Below, piece by piece: positions 61,070 to 64,000 of a DNA stretch of 64,000 nucleotides. The stretch covers positions 2,166 through 66,165 of the IMG/VR virus record IMGVR_UViG_3300012956_000024; one strand, 5' to 3'. The position numbers were made by a program, and so were the translations under genes. The notes beneath the pieces are model-generated. The model saw nothing but the letters and a program-made list of their open reading frames with translations, was not told the origin of the DNA and did no database searches. Origin of the DNA: a virus. Its lineage: Duplodnaviria; Caudoviricetes. Position 1 is the stretch's first letter, and every line of letters begins with the position of its first letter.

Positions 61070-63465
61070 CGGGCTTTCTTCCTTATGGGGGTAACGATGC
61101 TGTCAGGTGTCTTGACAGCAGGCCGAGGGAGGTTGTCGGGCAATGTCCACTCCACCTGCATGCCGCGCACGCGAACGGTGTAATCGTCGGGGTCGCGAAA
61201 CTGCTTGCTGCAGTCGAGACCCAGCGCCTTGTAGTGGCGCAGGCGCCAAGTCTTCGAGTCCTGGAAGTAGCGTGGATCGGGGATCATCGTGCGGAACAGC
61301 ACGAACAGATCCGCTTCGGTGATCAGCATCTTCTTGCCCTCGCGGGCACTCGCGATGCAGCGGTCGAGCAAGGGCTTGAACAACAGGTTCGGATTGAACC
61401 GGTTGTGGAAGTCAGCTTCGGCTTCGGCGGCGCTTGGGCTACGATCGACGAAGAACTGGAGGTCGCCCTTTGTGATGGCTTCGGCCACCAGCTGGTTGAT
61501 CGGCGTTGAGTTCTCGTGCATGTCAGCACGCGCCCGTGTCTCAACGAGGCGGCGGACTTGCGCGATATTGACAGGCCATCGTTGAAGGACATCGGCGAAG
61601 GCGTCCAGCTCGTCGCCGGCGAGCAAGCTGCGCATCTCGTTGGGCGTGTAGATGAGCTGCTTGTCCTGTCGCTCGGCGATGTTGTATCGACGATCGTCGC
61701 TGGTGACGATCGTCGGCGTGCGCTCGTTAGCGAAGAGAATTATGTTGCAGTAGCTGTCTGCAGCGTAGGTGCGTGTGTTCTTCTGATTGATCTCGATTGG
61801 CGAGTCAGTGATCCAGTGCTTGAGCTTGGACGTCAGCTCGGCGCTGTTGCTCACTGACCGGGTGTCGGCCTCTTCGAAGATGACGAACAGGGCGCCGTCG
61901 AGGAAGGCGTTGAAGTTCGTCATGACCAGGCCGAACTGCACGGTCTTGACGTGCTCGACGCCGAACAGTGGCGTCAGGATCTCGCGCATGAAGACACCTT
62001 TGCCGGTGCCAGTTGTGCCATGGATGACCCAGGCGGTCTGGGTCTTCTCGCGGTATTGGAAAATGAAAGCCAACCAATTGATGAAGTGGGTGTACACCTC
62101 ATGGGTCGGGTCGCCGAGCATTGAGGTGATCGTCTTGTTGATGGCGTGAGGAATGTCCTTCAACGTACTCGGCATGCTTCCGCGTTCTTTGACCATGAAA
62201 TCTGTCGCCCTGAAACTGTTGATGGAGGTACTACCCGGTACATACTGCGTGTCAATCTTTGGGTTGAAGACGATATCGAGGTGCGGCAGCAACGGCTTTG
62301 GGGGTATCCCGTACTCTAGCTGCCAAGCCTTGGCCGATGTCTCGCTGGCTGTGTGCAGCGTGAGTTTTCGAGCCAAGGGCGAGTAGGTGCCGATTTTGAC
62401 TGGCGAGCCTTGATTCGTAGCATAAAACGCCAGGACTTCAGTACCTTCGTCGAGGGGCTGCTTAGCGACAACACGCGGTGCATGCTTACGGAGGGACTTG
62501 TACAACTCAGGCGCTACGTCTTCGGTTCTAAGACTTGGCTCTCCTTTAAAATTACGAACGAGAGAGGGATTTCGGAGATCGATAAAATAGGCGTAGCTGT
62601 CACCGCCATTGAGATTGAAGCGTAGGAAATGGTCGCCACTTGTTCGTATGCCATGAACTTCACACACGCTTGCGTTTTTAAGAACGTCTTCTCCACTGAG
62701 GTTGACCAGTTCGTATACCAACGGGTCGAGCCCGATAGTGGCACGAAGCGCATTGATTTTCCCCTTGATCTGGTCATGTGTGACGGCCTCGAAGGGCGGG
62801 ATGGTCAGGTGTGAGAGCTTTCGCTTAATCAGTTTGATCGGCTCGGCGATGTTTGGGCGGAACCCATGGCACTTGGGTGCGGCGATGTAGATGATGCGCG
62901 CGGTGTAGGCCACGACACGATCGAGTGGCCAGTGCAGCGCGTGTCCGGAGTCACTCAAGTGCATCTGTTTCTCTAGCGCGGGCGTAGTGAAGTTGATGTG
63001 CTCAAACCACTTTTTTACTTCCAGCTCGTCGGTAGGTTTTTTCAGCAGCATGAAGATGTGGCCTGACCAACTGGTCGTGTCGGGTTTGAACATTGATGGT
63101 GAGAGCTGGGCGATGAACGACACGTTCTGGCACGCAGCGGGCAAGTAGCGTTTGACTACGTCCTCGGCGCTAGCGCCTTCGACTTTGTCGAAGTCGAACA
63201 CGATCCAGTCTCGAGCTTGCTTGAGGGCCAAGCCGGCGCGGGATTCGTGGACGAGAGGGCGTTGAAGCTGACCTCCATAGAGGCAGTGACCGAGAGCGGC
63301 ATGAGCTTTCAACTGGCCCAACATGTCATCCAGCGAGTTGACTGACTCGTGATAGCTGGTGACTTTGCTGACCTGGGGGTAAGGGGCGGTGATGATTGTG
63401 CCGTTGGCTTCGGCAGAAAACGTCTTGGTCAGTGGCAACGGACTACCGAGAAAAACGACGTGCAT
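61066..63465 (-). CDS. Primase-helicase (N-terminal primase-like, C-terminal SF3/DUF5906 NTPase)
   Basis: FDFD and SGHIF in N-terminus; GTTGTGKG Walker A, FEE Walker B, DDRRY. Confidence 0.88.
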   Translation of the reverse strand: MHVVFLGSPLPLTKTFSAEANGTIITAPYPQVSKVTSYHESVNSLDDMLGQLKAHAALGHCLYGGQLQRPLVHESRAGLALKQARDWIVFDFDKVEGASAEDVVKRYLPAACQNVSFIAQLSPSMFKPDTTSWSGHIFMLLKKPTDELEVKKWFEHINFTTPALEKQMHLSDSGHALHWPLDRVVAYTARIIYIAAPKCHGFRPNIAEPIKLIKRKLSHLTIPPFEAVTHDQIKGKINALRATIGLDPLVYELVNLSGEDVLKNASVCEVHGIRTSGDHFLRFNLNGGDSYAYFIDLRNPSLVRNFKGEPSLRTEDVAPELYKSLRKHAPRVVAKQPLDEGTEVLAFYATNQGSPVKIGTYSPLARKLTLHTASETSAKAWQLEYGIPPKPLLPHLDIVFNPKIDTQYVPGSTSINSFRATDFMVKERGSMPSTLKDIPHAINKTITSMLGDPTHEVYTHFINWLAFIFQYREKTQTAWVIHGTTGTGKGVFMREILTPLFGVEHVKTVQFGLVMTNFNAFLDGALFVIFEEADTRSVSNSAELTSKLKHWITDSPIEINQKNTRTYAADSYCNIILFANERTPTIVTSDDRRYNIAERQDKQLIYTPNEMRSLLAGDELDAFADVLQRWPVNIAQVRRLVETRARADMHENSTPINQLVAEAITKGDLQFFVDRSPSAAEAEADFHNRFNPNLLFKPLLDRCIASAREGKKMLITEADLFVLFRTMIPDPRYFQDSKTWRLRHYKALGLDCSKQFRDPDDYTVRVRGMQVEWTLPDNLPRPAVKTPDSIVTPIRKKAR

Positions 63466-63543
63466 GTGGTGTAGCCCCTGGGTGGTAAGTGACGCGGACG
63501 ACCATTTTGCGCGTCTGGCAAGACGCCAACAAGCAAGGCTGCG

Positions 63544-63771
63544 TCAATGGAATGGGCAGTTGTAATTGAACGGCTCAATTGCAATCCACAGGTTGGGTTT
63601 ACCGTTGAACGCGAACACAAGTTCTTGTGTTGACCCGCAGCGCGTACACGTACGCTTGTACGTATGTTCGCGGGAATGTTCGCGGGAATGTTCGTAGGTC
63701 CAAGGGAACTGTAGCCATGCCCAGAAGCGATCGGCCAAGTAATTCCAGAGCGATGAGAGGGGCTCAATCAT
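63544..63771 (-). CDS. Hypothetical protein, 75 aa, with REHS repeats
   Basis: AAGGA SD; CTRCG. Confidence 0.6.
   Translation of the reverse strand: MIEPLSSLWNYLADRFWAWLQFPWTYEHSREHSREHTYKRTCTRCGSTQELVFAFNGKPNLWIAIEPFNYNCPFH
63664..63694. repeat. 12-bp tandem repeat ATGTTCGCGGGA, ~2.6 copies
   Basis: Read directly. Confidence 0.9.
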
Positions 63772-63882
63772 TTTCCTTTCTCCGTTTGTTCGGCTTGGCC
63801 TTTCGCCACCGGCGTTTCTGGGCCTTGCTGCGGTTGCGGAACTCGCGTGGCGCGGCTTAACTCAGGTGTTATTCCGCAATGG

Positions 63883-63999
63883 TCACTTGCCAGTGTTAGT
63901 GCGCACGGTTGCAATCAGTGTCACGGCTTCCGCCTGCGTAAAGCCTTCCGCCATGAAGGCATCGCGCGCCTTGGCAAACATCACTGCGGCGGACTTGAA
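63883..63999 (-). CDS. Hypothetical protein, C-terminus only (...AFMAEGFTQAEAVTLI...)
   Basis: Hand-translated; runs off the window edge. Confidence 0.65.
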   Translation of the reverse strand, partial: FKSAAVMFAKARDAFMAEGFTQAEAVTLIATVRTNTGK

Positions 64000-64000
64000 C

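Larger units (their letters stand above)
1..64000. mobile_element. Tailed dsDNA bacteriophage genome, near-complete, probably podovirus-like
   Basis: Terminase, portal, capsid, tail, lysis and replication modules; dense coupled ORFs in two arms; no host housekeeping genes; no tail sheath or obvious tape measure. Confidence 0.97.

Noticed and set aside
1-64000. Integrase, att site, reverse transcriptase/DGR, tRNA genes
   Set aside because: None recognisable; the part of the genome outside the window is unseen

Overview
The window is most of a ~64+ kb, high-GC tailed-phage genome (Caudoviricetes, probably podovirus-like). It is cut inside genes at both ends. There are two arms. The rightward late operon (~4.35-44.05 kb) holds a Tad2/DUF2829-like gene, an HTH fusion, tail-fibre cluster 1, lysis genes, TerS/TerL, portal, scaffold, an N4-gp56-type major capsid, adaptor/tail genes, tail cluster 2, and internal virion proteins including a 2879-aa giant with a zincin motif. 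The leftward early/replication arm (64.0->44.1 kb, resuming 4.0->0 kb) holds primase-helicase, Cas4-like nuclease, two HNH genes, SNF2 helicase, DEDD exonuclease, DUF932, family-A DNA polymerase, SSB, Gp49/66, VRR-NUC, gp88, CsrA, NADAR and many small ORFs. I saw no integrase, tRNA, CRISPR array or RNA polymerase. The strongest unexplained signals are: (1) a two-hairpin leader repeated before five early genes; (2) two long-stem RNAs at 46.97-47.26 kb whose G-U pairs favour the coding strand, in the same arm as a phage CsrA, together hinting at a phage post-transcriptional RNA circuit; (3) an HTH-signal peptide-exported domain fusion ending DGIFKNGFD; (4) a spanin pair in which the o-spanin-like tail sits in the i-spanin frame, next to an endolysin with a lipobox; (5) an eight-copy ACGTCACA array, a candidate origin. 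All family assignments come from motif recognition by eye, not database searches.
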